Below, piece after piece: positions 38,688-48,739 of a stretch of DNA of 64,000 nt. A program made the translations under genes and the position numbers. The DNA comes from a virus (taxonomy: Duplodnaviria > Caudoviricetes): positions 36,770 through 100,769 of IMG/VR virus record IMGVR_UViG_3300042545_000821. The stretch is one strand, 5' to 3'. The notes beneath the pieces were generated by a model. It made no database searches. It saw only the letters and a program-made list of their open reading frames with translations, and had not been told where the DNA came from. Each line of letters opens with the position of its first letter. Within the stretch, counting starts at the first letter, position 1.

Positions 38688-39097
38688 TATTCTTTATCCC
38701 AATCTGTATCAACTGGCTGTGCCTCTGGCATTGCGCCATCTGGCTTTGCTGCCAAACGTGCTGCTGTAGCATCAATCTCTGCTTCAAGTTTCTTGTCAGC
38801 TTGTGTGTTTTTTGCGTCCATCTCTTTATTTGACAACTGTGCTGCCATAACATCTTTAGCACCAGACTGTCCAATTAGAATACCTGCAAGCGTTCCTGTA
38901 ATAAAAGTAGCAATGCTTCCTAGAACATTGAAGAACATCTTGTCATTCTCTGACTGTGCTCCAATAGGCTGTGTTACAAACAAAAGGCCGTATAGGATTC
39001 CTAGAGATGTGCACAAAAGAATAGTTCCTAAGGTGATACCTAGAATAAATTTTAATCTAGCATCTAGATCTTGTGGTGTTAGCTTTTCTTTAAACAT
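38687..39097 (-). CDS. holin-like membrane protein
   Basis: Two hydrophobic helices; adjacent to endolysin. Confidence 0.6.
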   Translation of the reverse strand: MFKEKLTPQDLDARLKFILGITLGTILLCTSLGILYGLLFVTQPIGAQSENDKMFFNVLGSIATFITGTLAGILIGQSGAKDVMAAQLSNKEMDAKNTQADKKLEAEIDATAARLAAKPDGAMPEAQPVDTDWDKE

Positions 39098-39290
39098 TTG
39101 GTGTTCCTTCTGGTTGCGGGGTTTTAACTAAGTCTACAGGACAAGTCTGTGTAGCAGTACAGATAGGCGGCTTACATTCTGGTGTTTCCCAGTTTTTTGG
39201 GTCTTGGCAAGGATATCTAAAAAAGCCGTTATACCCACAGCTAGTTAACGATAGAGCTAAAAGTAAAGCTAATAAACCTCTTTTAATCAT
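39090..39290 (-). CDS. small Cys/Pro-rich lipoprotein
   Basis: Lipobox LTSC; RYPCQDP.NW...EC.PPIC.....CP. Confidence 0.75.
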   Translation of the reverse strand: MIKRGLLALLLALSLTSCGYNGFFRYPCQDPKNWETPECKPPICTATQTCPVDLVKTPQPEGTPNV

Positions 39291-39457
39291 TCGTCATCCT
39301 TTGGGTTACGTAATGGGTAAGTCACCGCCCACGCAAATAGTGTTCCTACAATCGCATAGCCTACAATGGTTTTAGCTGACCCGTCTAGAACAACCCAGGC
39401 AATAAACATGCCTAGTAGTGTCCATAGCTGGTCGATCATATCTCTTAGTATTCTCAC
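39287..39457 (-). CDS. small two-TM membrane protein (56 aa, not in ORF track)
   Basis: [50 protein letters not shown]...; GTGA and ATGA coupling on both sides. Confidence 0.7.
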   Translation of the reverse strand: MRILRDMIDQLWTLLGMFIAWVVLDGSAKTIVGYAIVGTLFAWAVTYPLRNPKDDE

Positions 39458-41322
39458 GGTTTTCTCCTATATCCTGATGGGCCAGAAGCGCCTCCGCCTC
39501 CAGTACTTCCTCCTGTTGAGCCACTTGCAGCACCTGCAGCAGCACCAACAGCATTTATTGCAGCACCTGCCGCAATAACTGTTGCAACAACAGCTTTTGT
39601 TGATTCTTCGCGCTCTTCAGTAGACATATCAGCACCAATACTTGCAAATGCTTGTAGTGCCTCACCTGGGTCGCTAAATATTGCGCCAATTAATTCGGAT
39701 GGATTCTCTAGTAAAACTAGAGCCGCAGCTACGTCTGCTGTAATTATAACTTCATTACCTTCTTCATCCTGCCTAACCTCAACAGGGGTCTCTTCAGGAA
39801 GGTCCTTATACTCAATACCAGCATCTTGAATTTGCTCTTTTGTAAGAGTTTCTCCAGGGGCTACTGATTCAATAAGCGCTTCCGCAACTAATTCTTTTTC
39901 AGCGGTAGTTAGCTTTCCATCTTCAGATAAAGCTTCAGATAGGGCAGACACTTCTGCAGCAGTAACTTCTCCGTCTGCGGTTAAAGCATCCATAACGGCT
40001 TCAGAATCAGCGGCAGAAAGAGTGCCGTCAGATAAAACATCTTCTACAGCACTGGCGACTTCTTCAGCTTCTGTGGTAGGATCTGGTTCAGGTTCTACTA
40101 TAGGAGGTTCAGGTGCAGGCTCAGGTGCAGGCTCAGGCTGTGGCTCAGGTTCAGGCTCAGGCTCAACGGGTGGCTCAGGCTTTGGCTCAGGCTCAGGACT
40201 TGGTTCAGGTTCGAGCTCAGGAACAGGTTCAGGCTCTGGGGCTGGCTCTGGCTCAGGTTGAGGCCCTGGCTCAGGCTCTGGGAGAGGCTCTGGGAGAGGC
40301 TCAGGCCCTGGCTCAGGCTCAACGGGTGGCTCAGGAATGGGATCTACAGGGACAGGCTCGACCGGCGGCTCAGAAGGCTGTTCGGGAGTTATTGGAGGAA
40401 TACCAGGCTCGGGTTCTGGAATCGCCGGAGTCGGCTCAGGAGTTGGCTCAGGTTGAGGAACAGGTTGAGGTTCTGGAACCGTGGGAGAGACCACAGGTGG
40501 TTCGGGAATTGGAATTGGGGTAGGTTCTGGTGTTGGTTCTGGTGTTGGGGTTGGTGTCGGTGTTGGTTCCACTGCTGGTGGGATTGTTGGTATGGGCGTT
40601 GGTTCAACGGGAACAGGAGTAGGCGATGGAGTTGGTTCTGGTGTTTGTGGGGTTGTTGATGGGGTCGGTTCTGGGCTACTGGTCGGTGTTGCTTCGGGTG
40701 TGGCGCTTGGAGAAGGAGTTGGCTCAGGCGTTACTACAGGTGTCGGAGTTGGAGTCGGTTCCGGAGTTGAAACCGGAGTGGGTGTGGGTTCAGAAGTCGG
40801 AGTGGGAGTCGGTGAAGGTAAGGCAGTCGGACTTGGAGATGGCGTTGGACTCGGCTCGGGCGAAACTGATGATTCGGGAGTAGGTGTTGGGCTAGGGGTT
40901 GGATCTACTGTTGCTGTTGGTGTATCTGATGGCGAAGGGCTTGGAGTCGGAGTTGTTGCAGTAGATGTATCAGAAGGTGTTGGTGAAGGTGTTGGAGTAG
41001 GCGTTGGTTCAATCGGTGTTGGAACTACTCCGTTGTAATAGCGAAGAGGCCCATCAGGAACAGTTGTTGAAACAAAAATTGGAAACCCGTTAGAAAACCC
41101 GCCTGTGCAGAAAAGCGCAGCAATATCACCTTTACCATTAAAAAAGGCTTGTGAATTATCCCAACCAACATTAAAAACTTTTTGAGTGCCGTCATCTTTG
41201 GCGCAGGTAATTGTTGTTCCTGCAGGGGTCATCTCTGCATAAGCAGGGTTTGGGAATAATAAGGGAAAGAAGGCTCCGGATGTTAAAACGAATAGTGCTG
41301 CGAATAGGCGCAAGCGCTTCAT
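39454..41322 (-). CDS. membrane-anchored surface protein with long Pro-Thr/Pro-Glu stalk
   Basis: Signal peptide (AYA-E), about 310-aa PT/PE repeat, acidic domain, C-terminal hydrophobic helix plus RRK. Confidence 0.85.
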   Translation of the reverse strand: MKRLRLFAALFVLTSGAFFPLLFPNPAYAEMTPAGTTITCAKDDGTQKVFNVGWDNSQAFFNGKGDIAALFCTGGFSNGFPIFVSTTVPDGPLRYYNGVVPTPIEPTPTPTPSPTPSDTSTATTPTPSPSPSDTPTATVDPTPSPTPTPESSVSPEPSPTPSPSPTALPSPTPTPTSEPTPTPVSTPEPTPTPTPVVTPEPTPSPSATPEATPTSSPEPTPSTTPQTPEPTPSPTPVPVEPTPIPTIPPAVEPTPTPTPTPEPTPEPTPIPIPEPPVVSPTVPEPQPVPQPEPTPEPTPAIPEPEPGIPPITPEQPSEPPVEPVPVDPIPEPPVEPEPGPEPLPEPLPEPEPGPQPEPEPAPEPEPVPELEPEPSPEPEPKPEPPVEPEPEPEPQPEPAPEPAPEPPIVEPEPDPTTEAEEVASAVEDVLSDGTLSAADSEAVMDALTADGEVTAAEVSALSEALSEDGKLTTAEKELVAEALIESVAPGETLTKEQIQDAGIEYKDLPEETPVEVRQDEEGNEVIITADVAAALVLLENPSELIGAIFSDPGEALQAFASIGADMSTEEREESTKAVVATVIAAGAAINAVGAAAGAASGSTGGSTGGGGASGPSGYRRKP

Positions 41323-41352
41323 AGGTAAAACTAATATATCATTTTAAAATGC

Positions 41353-41381
41353 AAAAAGCCCGCCAAACTGGCGGGCCTTTT
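41353..41381 (-). terminator. rho-independent terminator
   Basis: GCCCGCCA-GTT-TGGCGGGC followed by TTTTT on the minus strand. Confidence 0.8.
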
Positions 41382-41394
41382 GTTTGTGTTGAGT

Positions 41395-42450
41395 TTATGA
41401 AAGTGTTGCGTGAGGTGTAATTGTGATTGTAGCTGTTGAGGCAACTGAAGCTGCTCCTGCTGCAACTGACTGAGTCTTGATTGTTCCAGCAACACCTGAA
41501 AGACCAGCAACAGAAAGACCTGTTGTTGATAGCGCTCCTGTAGTTGTGGTTGTGTAAGAAACAGTGTTTGTAGCAACTGCTGTAACTGTAAATGTACCGT
41601 TAAGCGCTGTATCTGGTGCTACAAGTGACGCAACAGTGATCTTTGTGCCTACTGGGTACTTAGCGCCAGCACCTGCTGAGGTGATTGTTGCTGTTGTACC
41701 TGTGCGTGATACTGCTGTGATTGTTGAGACTGCGTTTGTAGCTGCTGTAGCTGTAGTGATGTTAGCTGCTTCGTAACCAGCATCCTTAAGGGTATCAAGG
41801 GCTACCGCTGTGGTGTTACCAAGTACGCTAGGTACTACGATGTAACCAATTCCAGCACCATCAGATGCAGAAAGGGCAGTTGTTGATTCTACCTTGCCGT
41901 ACCACTGTCCTGTAATTTCACCAGCGTTAGCTGCGTTAGTTACTGTGAACTGTAGCTTGTTAGCTGTAGCAACTGTTGCTGCTGAAAGATTGTAAGCTGA
42001 AGCTGTAAGACCTGTAATGTTTACAACGTCTCCTGGTTGAAGTTGGTTTAGTGAGGTGTAAGTAACTGTTGTTCCGTTGCCTGAAGCTGCTGTAACCTTG
42101 TAGTTACCTGCGCTAGGAATAAATCCTGGAAAACCTGACCACTCAGCTTCAATGTCTGAGTGATTTCCAAGTGCTGGATTTAGGCGTGCACTAGGAACTG
42201 TAGTTGTAGTTGTCCACTGTGCATTTTGCGCATCTCCGTATGCAACTGTTGCTGCTGGAGTTCCATCAGCACGCTCATCATTTGGTAGAGGTGGGCGGGA
42301 TCCCCATACAAAGTCAATCTGTAGGTTTCCTGCTGAGTCTGTAAGATTACCATTGTTGTTAAGCGTAGCTGCAGTTGCTGCAATAGCTACGGATTCTGCT
42401 CCTGTAGCGTTGTCAGACCCAACTGCTGCGGGTGAATTATAACTTGACAT
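41395..42450 (-). CDS. abundant Thr/Ala-rich virion protein (Ig/PASTA-like)
   Basis: Capsid-like codon bias; VPSVLG PASTA-like segment; beta-rich repeats. Confidence 0.6.
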   Translation of the reverse strand: MSSYNSPAAVGSDNATGAESVAIAATAATLNNNGNLTDSAGNLQIDFVWGSRPPLPNDERADGTPAATVAYGDAQNAQWTTTTTVPSARLNPALGNHSDIEAEWSGFPGFIPSAGNYKVTAASGNGTTVTYTSLNQLQPGDVVNITGLTASAYNLSAATVATANKLQFTVTNAANAGEITGQWYGKVESTTALSASDGAGIGYIVVPSVLGNTTAVALDTLKDAGYEAANITTATAATNAVSTITAVSRTGTTATITSAGAGAKYPVGTKITVASLVAPDTALNGTFTVTAVATNTVSYTTTTTGALSTTGLSVAGLSGVAGTIKTQSVAAGAASVASTATITITPHATLS

Positions 42451-42512
42451 TATGTCCTTTTTCTCTAGAGGGATTTACAGCGCCTGATCGGGGCACCTAG
42501 ATTAAGTATCTC

Positions 42513-42776
42513 TTAGCAATCCCAGGCTCGTCTGGCTTTATTCAAACGACTATTTGGATCTTTAGCTGCCTTAGGAAACATTTTAGCTTGGCCTGCAGAT
42601 CGAGCACAGTATGACTTACGACGTGCGGCAGACTTCTTTGACTTGGCAGCTTCAGCTTTCTTTACAGGAGGCTTTAGATTGTGGCCTTCTTTTTTAGCTG
42701 AGGCGCGTCCTTTGGCGTTTAGTCCGCCATTAGGATTTTGGCCTTCTTTTCTAGTCCATGCTGGTGACTTAGGCAT
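42513..42776 (-). CDS. basic phage protein (DUF6321-like)
   Basis: AWTRKEGQNP.GGLNAKGRAS...RRKSYCAR...DPNSRLNKA.R.WDC. Confidence 0.75.
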   Translation of the reverse strand: MPKSPAWTRKEGQNPNGGLNAKGRASAKKEGHNLKPPVKKAEAAKSKKSAARRKSYCARSAGQAKMFPKAAKDPNSRLNKARRAWDC

Positions 42777-42920
42777 AAGGGTCTATGTCCTCTTGTTTCT
42801 CTATTTTTTTCTTACTTTTCTTTAACTCTTTTCTTGCAAGAGCTTCAAAAGAAGACCAGTCTATTTTACCGTTTTTTTGAGGCAAATTGTCTAAATTATC
42901 AAACTGACCTGGCTCTGTCT

Positions 42921-43238
42921 TCATTTGTTACCTAAACCTGTTCTTAGTTCCCCTGCTCGACTTGCTAAACCACGCACAGCGCTTCTTCCTCTCCGCGCAA
43001 CTTTTCCACCAACTTCTTTAGCCTTAGCTTGTACTTTTGGATCTTTAGCGGTATCTATTCCTTTTTGCACAACTTTGGAAACACCTTTTTTAATAAGAGG
43101 TGCGGCTAAAGTTCCGGCAATAGGGTGTGCGGCAATAGCGGCACCTGCAGCAACAGCTCCTGCTTTATCAGCTGGGTTATCTGATTTAGCTACATCAGAA
43201 ACAATACTGGCAACCCTAGCTATTTTGCCTGGTTTCAT
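42921..43238 (-). CDS. basic hypothetical protein
   Basis: ATGA-coupled in operon. Confidence 0.65.
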   Translation of the reverse strand: MKPGKIARVASIVSDVAKSDNPADKAGAVAAGAAIAAHPIAGTLAAPLIKKGVSKVVQKGIDTAKDPKVQAKAKEVGGKVARRGRSAVRGLASRAGELRTGLGNK

Positions 43239-43519
43239 TTGCTCTTCTTTCCGGCTCTGCGCTTGTTCTCTTTGCCTACGTTCTTGCTGTGAGACATAGC
43301 GCGTAGGTTACCCTTTGAGTCATTCTTCTTATTATTATCTTTATGGTCAACGTCAGTATTTCGAGGTAGCTTTCCGTTTTTTGATTCATAATCAGCACGG
43401 GCTTTGTTCTTAGATGTAGTAACCCACTTACCGCCTACCTTTTTCTTGTAGACGTAGATAGGGCGACCGCCATTAGCGTCAGAGCCCTTGTATGGGCCAA
43501 ACTTCTTTGTCTCAGCCAT
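43235..43519 (-). CDS. small HNH-motif protein
   Basis: DVDHKDNN..ND..GNL......N. Confidence 0.7.
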   Translation of the reverse strand: MAETKKFGPYKGSDANGGRPIYVYKKKVGGKWVTTSKNKARADYESKNGKLPRNTDVDHKDNNKKNDSKGNLRAMSHSKNVGKENKRRAGKKSK

Positions 43520-43851
43520 TAGAAGAGTAGCCCCTGTTCACCGTGGTTATGTTTGCCATCTTTACGCGCTACGTTACATCCAGGACCATCGCAGGATATG
43601 CGATCTTCTGGATGCAAAATATTTTTTCTAATTAAAGCGTTTTCGTACTGCTGTACATCAGCCATGCTTTTAAACCCCCGAATGCCGTAAGTTTGCCCAG
43701 CAACAAGCACACTGTGCTCATTCCATGGGCGAGCTTCTTTAGACTCTCTAGGTATATTAGCTGGATCTGGATACATGTTATGTGGGCCTACGTGGGGACC
43801 TAACAGAAGTAAATCCTGCTTTTTTGTATACCGTTGGTGTTGTGCCTGCAT
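43519..43851 (-). CDS. hypothetical protein
   Basis: TAATG-coupled downstream; start uncertain because it overlaps the upstream ORF. Confidence 0.5.
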   Translation of the reverse strand: MQAQHQRYTKKQDLLLLGPHVGPHNMYPDPANIPRESKEARPWNEHSVLVAGQTYGIRGFKSMADVQQYENALIRKNILHPEDRISCDGPGCNVARKDGKHNHGEQGLLF

Positions 43852-45613
43852 TTTCAGCTATTGCAACAGAGCCACCGCTTCCCTTAGGAGGAACAAAGCC
43901 TTTAGGCTTTGCTTGAGGTTTTGAAACTCTTTGAGCTTTTCCAGCAACTTTCTTGTAATCAAAAGTTTCTCCTTGAGGAGTATGAACTGTAACAGCTCCG
44001 TGAGTCATCACATCCGAAAGTATTGAGTCGGTAATTGGATGAGAGCCACGTTTACGAGAAGTACTCTTTTGAGTTGGGCTTTCCTCAGAGTAGTTAGTAA
44101 TTTGTAGTTTTTCGTAATCGTGATGGGCAAGACTTCCTGCAGGACCTCCTGTAGGGGTTGTCACATCAACTGTTCTATTTTCAAGCCCCTTACGGCGCCG
44201 TGCGCGAACAGTTCCGCTTTTACGTGATGTTGAGGGCGCATACGGACGCTTAGGATCTCCAGTAGGTGTCCAGTGAGTAAGTTTACCTTCACCACGAATA
44301 TTAGAAATAATTTTATCTCTATACTCTTTCATGCCGCCAGGTACTCTATCTCTTACATATCTTTGAATTACTGATGCTGGATGACCTAAGTGATTAGATA
44401 ATTCATGCGCCATAGCTAAATCGCTACCTACGTACTTATCAGTAGTAGGCACTAAACGATCTGCAGCATAATCAGCACTAATGTGCATCGCATCAGTTTC
44501 TGTAATATGGCCAGCTTTTAATGCAGCCTCTGTGTCTTCCTTAGAACCCTGTATACCAAGATTAATAGGATTCTGAACTTTAACTCTAGAACCTCTTAGC
44601 AAATCTTCAGCTTCAGCTTTCTTTATTTTTTTAGACTTTAGCGCTGCTGCAACATCTTCTGGTTTAGCAGCTTTACTAGTAGTAGTTCCTGCTCTTTTCA
44701 TTGCTTCTGCAATTTGTCGGCTTTGTATGTTAGAAGATACGTTTTGCACGTCAGACTCACGAGCTTTCATTGCGTAATAAATATGTCGTTCAGATGCAGT
44801 TGTTGGAACTACTGAATCAGGGTTAGCAGTTTTATTATCGCCTTGATATGCGCCGTCAGCTCTTTCTTGAGCAGTAGGTATCTGCGCTGAAGTTAACTTA
44901 TTAAACTTAGCTGCGCCACGTCTACGAGTGTTTGTAGTACCTGAAGTTGATTTAAGTGCTGCAGAGGACACAGCACGACGGTCACCACTTCTTGATCTTC
45001 CTGGTTTTACTGCAGGACTTCGACCCTTAGCAGCTCTACGGTCAGCTGATATTTCCGCACGGTCACGGATCTCAATCATATCTCCAGATCCTGCTGAATC
45101 TGGCGCTCCTACTGAGCCTCTGCCTTTTCTTGTGCGCCGTACGTTTACTAATTTACCGGGCGCAGTAGATACTACGGGTGATGGTGCAGATCCTGCACCT
45201 GTTCCTGAAACAGGGACACTTGCCTCAGCAACTCCGGCAGCTAATGCTCCGGGAGTAGAAGGTTGACGCATAACAACAGTCTGCCCTGCAGGAAGTTCTG
45301 CCATTTGCGCTGCTCGCTTTTTGCGGGTAGCTAAACGTCCTTGAGTTTGCTGAGCAGTTTCTTCAGTAACAACTGTCTTTTTTCCACGAGTGGTTTTAGT
45401 AACGCGAGGAATTGGGCCAATTTCATCTGTTTGCTGAGCAGCAAAAGCATCTTGTGCAAGAGCACGTGCTTCATCTACTGCTTTAGTAGAAGAAGGCTTA
45501 GACGCGCCGCCCACATTAACCATACGCACTCCGCCTTTATTAGTTTTGCGGTCAGCTTTTACAGCTACGCGATTAGGCTTAGCAGCAACTTTACGACTTT
45601 TAGTCTTTGCCAT
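43778..45613 (-). CDS. large Lys/Arg-rich, probably disordered protein
   Basis: 611-aa ORF, very basic, low complexity. Confidence 0.8.
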   Translation of the reverse strand: MAKTKSRKVAAKPNRVAVKADRKTNKGGVRMVNVGGASKPSSTKAVDEARALAQDAFAAQQTDEIGPIPRVTKTTRGKKTVVTEETAQQTQGRLATRKKRAAQMAELPAGQTVVMRQPSTPGALAAGVAEASVPVSGTGAGSAPSPVVSTAPGKLVNVRRTRKGRGSVGAPDSAGSGDMIEIRDRAEISADRRAAKGRSPAVKPGRSRSGDRRAVSSAALKSTSGTTNTRRRGAAKFNKLTSAQIPTAQERADGAYQGDNKTANPDSVVPTTASERHIYYAMKARESDVQNVSSNIQSRQIAEAMKRAGTTTSKAAKPEDVAAALKSKKIKKAEAEDLLRGSRVKVQNPINLGIQGSKEDTEAALKAGHITETDAMHISADYAADRLVPTTDKYVGSDLAMAHELSNHLGHPASVIQRYVRDRVPGGMKEYRDKIISNIRGEGKLTHWTPTGDPKRPYAPSTSRKSGTVRARRRKGLENRTVDVTTPTGGPAGSLAHHDYEKLQITNYSEESPTQKSTSRKRGSHPITDSILSDVMTHGAVTVHTPQGETFDYKKVAGKAQRVSKPQAKPKGFVPPKGSGGSVAIAENAGTTPTVYKKAGFTSVRSPRRPT

Positions 45614-46392
45614 TATTTCTTATTTCCGTTTCCTTTGGGGGCAGTAAAAAATACTCCCTGAGCAGCTTTTGCTAAATCTGGATCTTCTTTACTTGGGTCT
45701 GCTTTTTTGCGCCTCGTTCCAGTTGCAGCTGGTTTTGCAGCTGTTGGTTTTGCAGTTTGTGTTGCAGCACCGCCACCGCCTGGAGGTGGAGGAGGTGGAT
45801 CATTTGGCTTATCTGGTTTTGTACGTTTGCGTCTACCGCTTGGCGTAAATTGATTTAAATATGATTCTTGATTTCCACCTGCAGTTACGTGCGCACCAAA
45901 GTCTGCGCCTAGTTTAGGACTAATGCCTGCTTCGGTACCAAACTCGCCGCCAGTTGCTTGTTCAAAGTCAATGTTTCCAGACTTAACTGCGCTAACAGTT
46001 GCTGCAATACTTCCACCCTTAGTACGCTTGCCTGTTCCTTTTGGTTTTTTTGGTGGTGTTCCAGGAGTATCTCCGGTTGGGGTTGGTGTTGGCTTGTACC
46101 CAGACGTGTAACGAACACCAAAAGCTTGTTCTATTCCTTCACCATCTCGACGGCGCCTCTGTAAATCATTTAAAGTCTCTGTTTGGAATTCACGCGTATT
46201 ATCTTTACGTGTTTTATCTCCAGCAGAACGAATAATTTCTCGCTGGTATTCCATTGATAATTGGTTTTGACTTCTTAAAGTTTGAGTGAAAGCACCAGAA
46301 ACCATAGCACCTAGTTTATCTAGAAATCCGCTACCACCGCGTGTAGCTTGCGGTACATTGCGACCTTGTCCTTGTGGTTGATCAAGATTCAT
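45613..46392 (-). CDS. basic Gly/Pro-rich hypothetical protein
   Basis: 259-aa ORF, TAATG-coupled. Confidence 0.75.
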   Translation of the reverse strand: MNLDQPQGQGRNVPQATRGGSGFLDKLGAMVSGAFTQTLRSQNQLSMEYQREIIRSAGDKTRKDNTREFQTETLNDLQRRRRDGEGIEQAFGVRYTSGYKPTPTPTGDTPGTPPKKPKGTGKRTKGGSIAATVSAVKSGNIDFEQATGGEFGTEAGISPKLGADFGAHVTAGGNQESYLNQFTPSGRRKRTKPDKPNDPPPPPPGGGGAATQTAKPTAAKPAATGTRRKKADPSKEDPDLAKAAQGVFFTAPKGNGNKK

Positions 46393-46396
46393 AATA

Positions 46397-46627
46397 TTAT
46401 ATTCCTATCTCGACTAGGGGAGTTGATACTGCGCCCTTGTCGTTTAGTGCCTTAGAAAGTTTATTGTAGTGATGCAAGCAGAAATATAAAGTGCCAAAGC
46501 CAAAAGAAGATTGGAATAAAGCTCTTACTCCGCAGGAATCACACAATTGCCCCTGCTGAGGCGTCTCCTCCAGCTGCTGCTTCTCCGGTGCCTGTACCTG
46601 CGTCATCCGTATCCTTTCCAAAATCAT
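46397..46627 (-). CDS. small Zn-finger protein
   Basis: CDSC...FC.HH; start uncertain. Confidence 0.6.
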   Translation of the reverse strand: MILERIRMTQVQAPEKQQLEETPQQGQLCDSCGVRALFQSSFGFGTLYFCLHHYNKLSKALNDKGAVSTPLVEIGI

Positions 46628-46793
46628 TCTGGGCAGTTTGGTTTTGTCCGCCTGGAGTTCCGTAAGGGGCCATCATGCTGCCTCCGCCGTACCACAAATA
46701 ATAGTAGGGTAAAACATATGAGGGGAGGTTAACACCACTTGCCGCATAGTTGCGCGGTCCTGGAGCAGCCAGTTGATGTTTCTTTTTATGCAT
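46539..46793 (-). CDS. hypothetical protein
   Basis: ORF after an AT-rich promoter-like gap; overlaps the next ORF. Confidence 0.45.
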   Translation of the reverse strand: MHKKKHQLAAPGPRNYAASGVNLPSYVLPYYYLWYGGGSMMAPYGTPGGQNQTAQNDFGKDTDDAGTGTGEAAAGGDASAGAIV

Positions 46794-46853
46794 GACTAAT
46801 ACTCTCAGAATATGAAATATTAATACTAGTCAAAACCGGCGGGAATTTTGTAA

Positions 46854-47420
46854 TTACGCCTCTTGTATATATGTGTGAATTTCTCCGCCTGAATAGATGT
46901 CGTGCTTTATAGCTATTTCAATTGCACGCTGCAAAGCCTTTTCGGCGGCCTGGGGTGTACTGATCTTTGAATAGTTGAGAGCCTCGAGGGCTCCAAGTGC
47001 AATGTCTCCACCACTACCAGCGTAGTAGACTCGACGGGCTTCTCTATCCCAAGAGTAATCATTAAAGATCGGGTAGATAGTTCCTCTTATAGATACGATG
47101 AGGTTAGAGTCTTGGAACGCTGCATCACCATCTTCTTTACCTTCATAGCCTGCTTCTTGAAAAGCTTTACGCATACTAGGTATGAAGCGCTTAGTCATAA
47201 AGATATCTAGATCTTCTGCGCTACGAGGCTTAGGTGGCTTCCAACCAAACTGAGTAATGTTTCCACCACGAGATGCTCCGGATACTGCAATGAGTACTCC
47301 GTTGTTGTTGACAACCTTTGATGTAGCAAGTTCCATGTAACGTCCGTCTTCATCGGATGCACGAGAGTCGCAACCAATTACTGACCAACCGTCTCCTTGT
47401 ATTGCTACAAGTGTTGTCAT
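46854..47420 (-). CDS. Ntn-hydrolase protease (HslV / proteasome beta-like)
   Basis: N-terminal M-TTLVA....W.VIGCDSR, SK, AGSGG..ALGAL, D.YSGG. Confidence 0.85.
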   Translation of the reverse strand: MTTLVAIQGDGWSVIGCDSRASDEDGRYMELATSKVVNNNGVLIAVSGASRGGNITQFGWKPPKPRSAEDLDIFMTKRFIPSMRKAFQEAGYEGKEDGDAAFQDSNLIVSIRGTIYPIFNDYSWDREARRVYYAGSGGDIALGALEALNYSKISTPQAAEKALQRAIEIAIKHDIYSGGEIHTYIQEA

Positions 47421-47602
47421 TGAAACCCTCTCTTAGATCTATACTTTAGTAGAATAAAATTAAGTACCTTACGAAATACTCCGACTTCAAACATATAGTC
47501 ATGAGTATGAGAGTCATCATGCTTATGATGCTCTTTATGTGCACTAATACCGTTATTAATAAAGTAAGGACCACCATGTCTTGAGAAGTGATTTCTTCCC
47601 AT
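47417..47602 (-). CDS. small His-rich hypothetical protein
   Basis: GGGAG RBS; ATGA coupling. Confidence 0.55.
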   Translation of the reverse strand: MGRNHFSRHGGPYFINNGISAHKEHHKHDDSHTHDYMFEVGVFRKVLNFILLKYRSKRGFQ

Positions 47603-47725
47603 TTAAGAAACTCCCTTTAAAGTTATAGATGCCCGTCGCGTACTGCTGCCCAAGAGACTAACAGAAGGACTTATTAGCAAGTACCACGGGCTTTCAGCAT
47701 ATCCCATGCTGAAGTAAGACTTAGT

Positions 47726-48274
47726 CTACCGTAGATCTTCCTTTATTTTAGTACGTTTGATGATTGGTTCGTCCCATTGTTCATGAGGACGTTTCCAGTC
47801 TTTATCAATCTGCTTCTTGAGAGGTAATGTAGGTGTATCGCCCTTAATCGTGATCTTCTTGACCCTCTGCTCCTCAGGAAGCTCCCTGGAGAGTGATACC
47901 GTCAAGATACCGTCTTTGAACGATGCTCCGTCCACAACCACATACTCTGCTAATGCGAAGTTCTGTTTGAACGCCCGTCCACCGATTCCTCGATGTAGGA
48001 ACTCATTATTGGACTCTTCTCCACGATTACCCTCGATTACCAGGGTTGATGGTGGTTGGACCTCGACTGTTATGTCTTTTAGTGTAAATCCAGCTAGAGC
48101 GACCTCAATTTTAAACTTATCTTCATTTACCTTGATAATGTTATATGGAGGATAGCTAGTAGATCTTCCGCTCATATTCTCGAGCATTTCCATTTGTCGA
48201 TCAAAACCGACCATCCACGCCCTAAATGGGAATAGATCCTTGTTATTACCTGTATTTGCGGCATAGGCCATCAT
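47726..48274 (-). CDS. small heat shock protein (Hsp20/IbpA-like)
   Basis: YPPYNI, IEVALAGF, FLHRGI..R.F...F.LAE, A...DGIL; start moved to the ATG after AAGGAG. Confidence 0.93.
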   Translation of the reverse strand: MMAYAANTGNNKDLFPFRAWMVGFDRQMEMLENMSGRSTSYPPYNIIKVNEDKFKIEVALAGFTLKDITVEVQPPSTLVIEGNRGEESNNEFLHRGIGGRAFKQNFALAEYVVVDGASFKDGILTVSLSRELPEEQRVKKITIKGDTPTLPLKKQIDKDWKRPHEQWDEPIIKRTKIKEDLR

Positions 48275-48739
48275 TGTACTTCTCCTTAGTTTCAGCGAGT
48301 TAAAAGCACTCCCAATCGGCAAGTGCACCCAAAGTGTAGCAGCCACTGCCAAAGATTTTATAATCTAAGTATTCCCCGATTTTTCCTCCCAAAATAACAA
48401 ATTGTGACATGCATGACACAGGCCGGGCCACTGCCTAGCTCAATATGGTCTTGGTAGTCAATCTCACCTGGCGGCCAACTGAGGCGAAAAGGCTTAAAGG
48501 TGCGGGGGGGTCGAAAGAAGCACTGAACTGAAATTAGTTAGAATTAAGGTGAGAGCGAGTGCTCGTGGCACTCGTAAGAAATGAGTAGGGCGGTAGCCTG
48601 TCTGTTAGACAGTCTATCGCCTTTTTTCGTGCCTTCCTTGTGATGTGGATAGGGCGGGGTCAAACCCGCCCTATTCGCCATGCCCATAACAATGGGCAGT
48701 CGGTAGATACCTGTCTGCCGTGTAACAAAGGAGCAATAA

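Noticed and set aside
40022-41038. Several overlapping Gly/Ser/Val-rich plus-strand ORFs and a repeat array that could look like CRISPR
   Set aside because: Antisense shadows of the Pro-Thr/Pro-Glu stalk; the repeats are short codon iterations without unique spacers.
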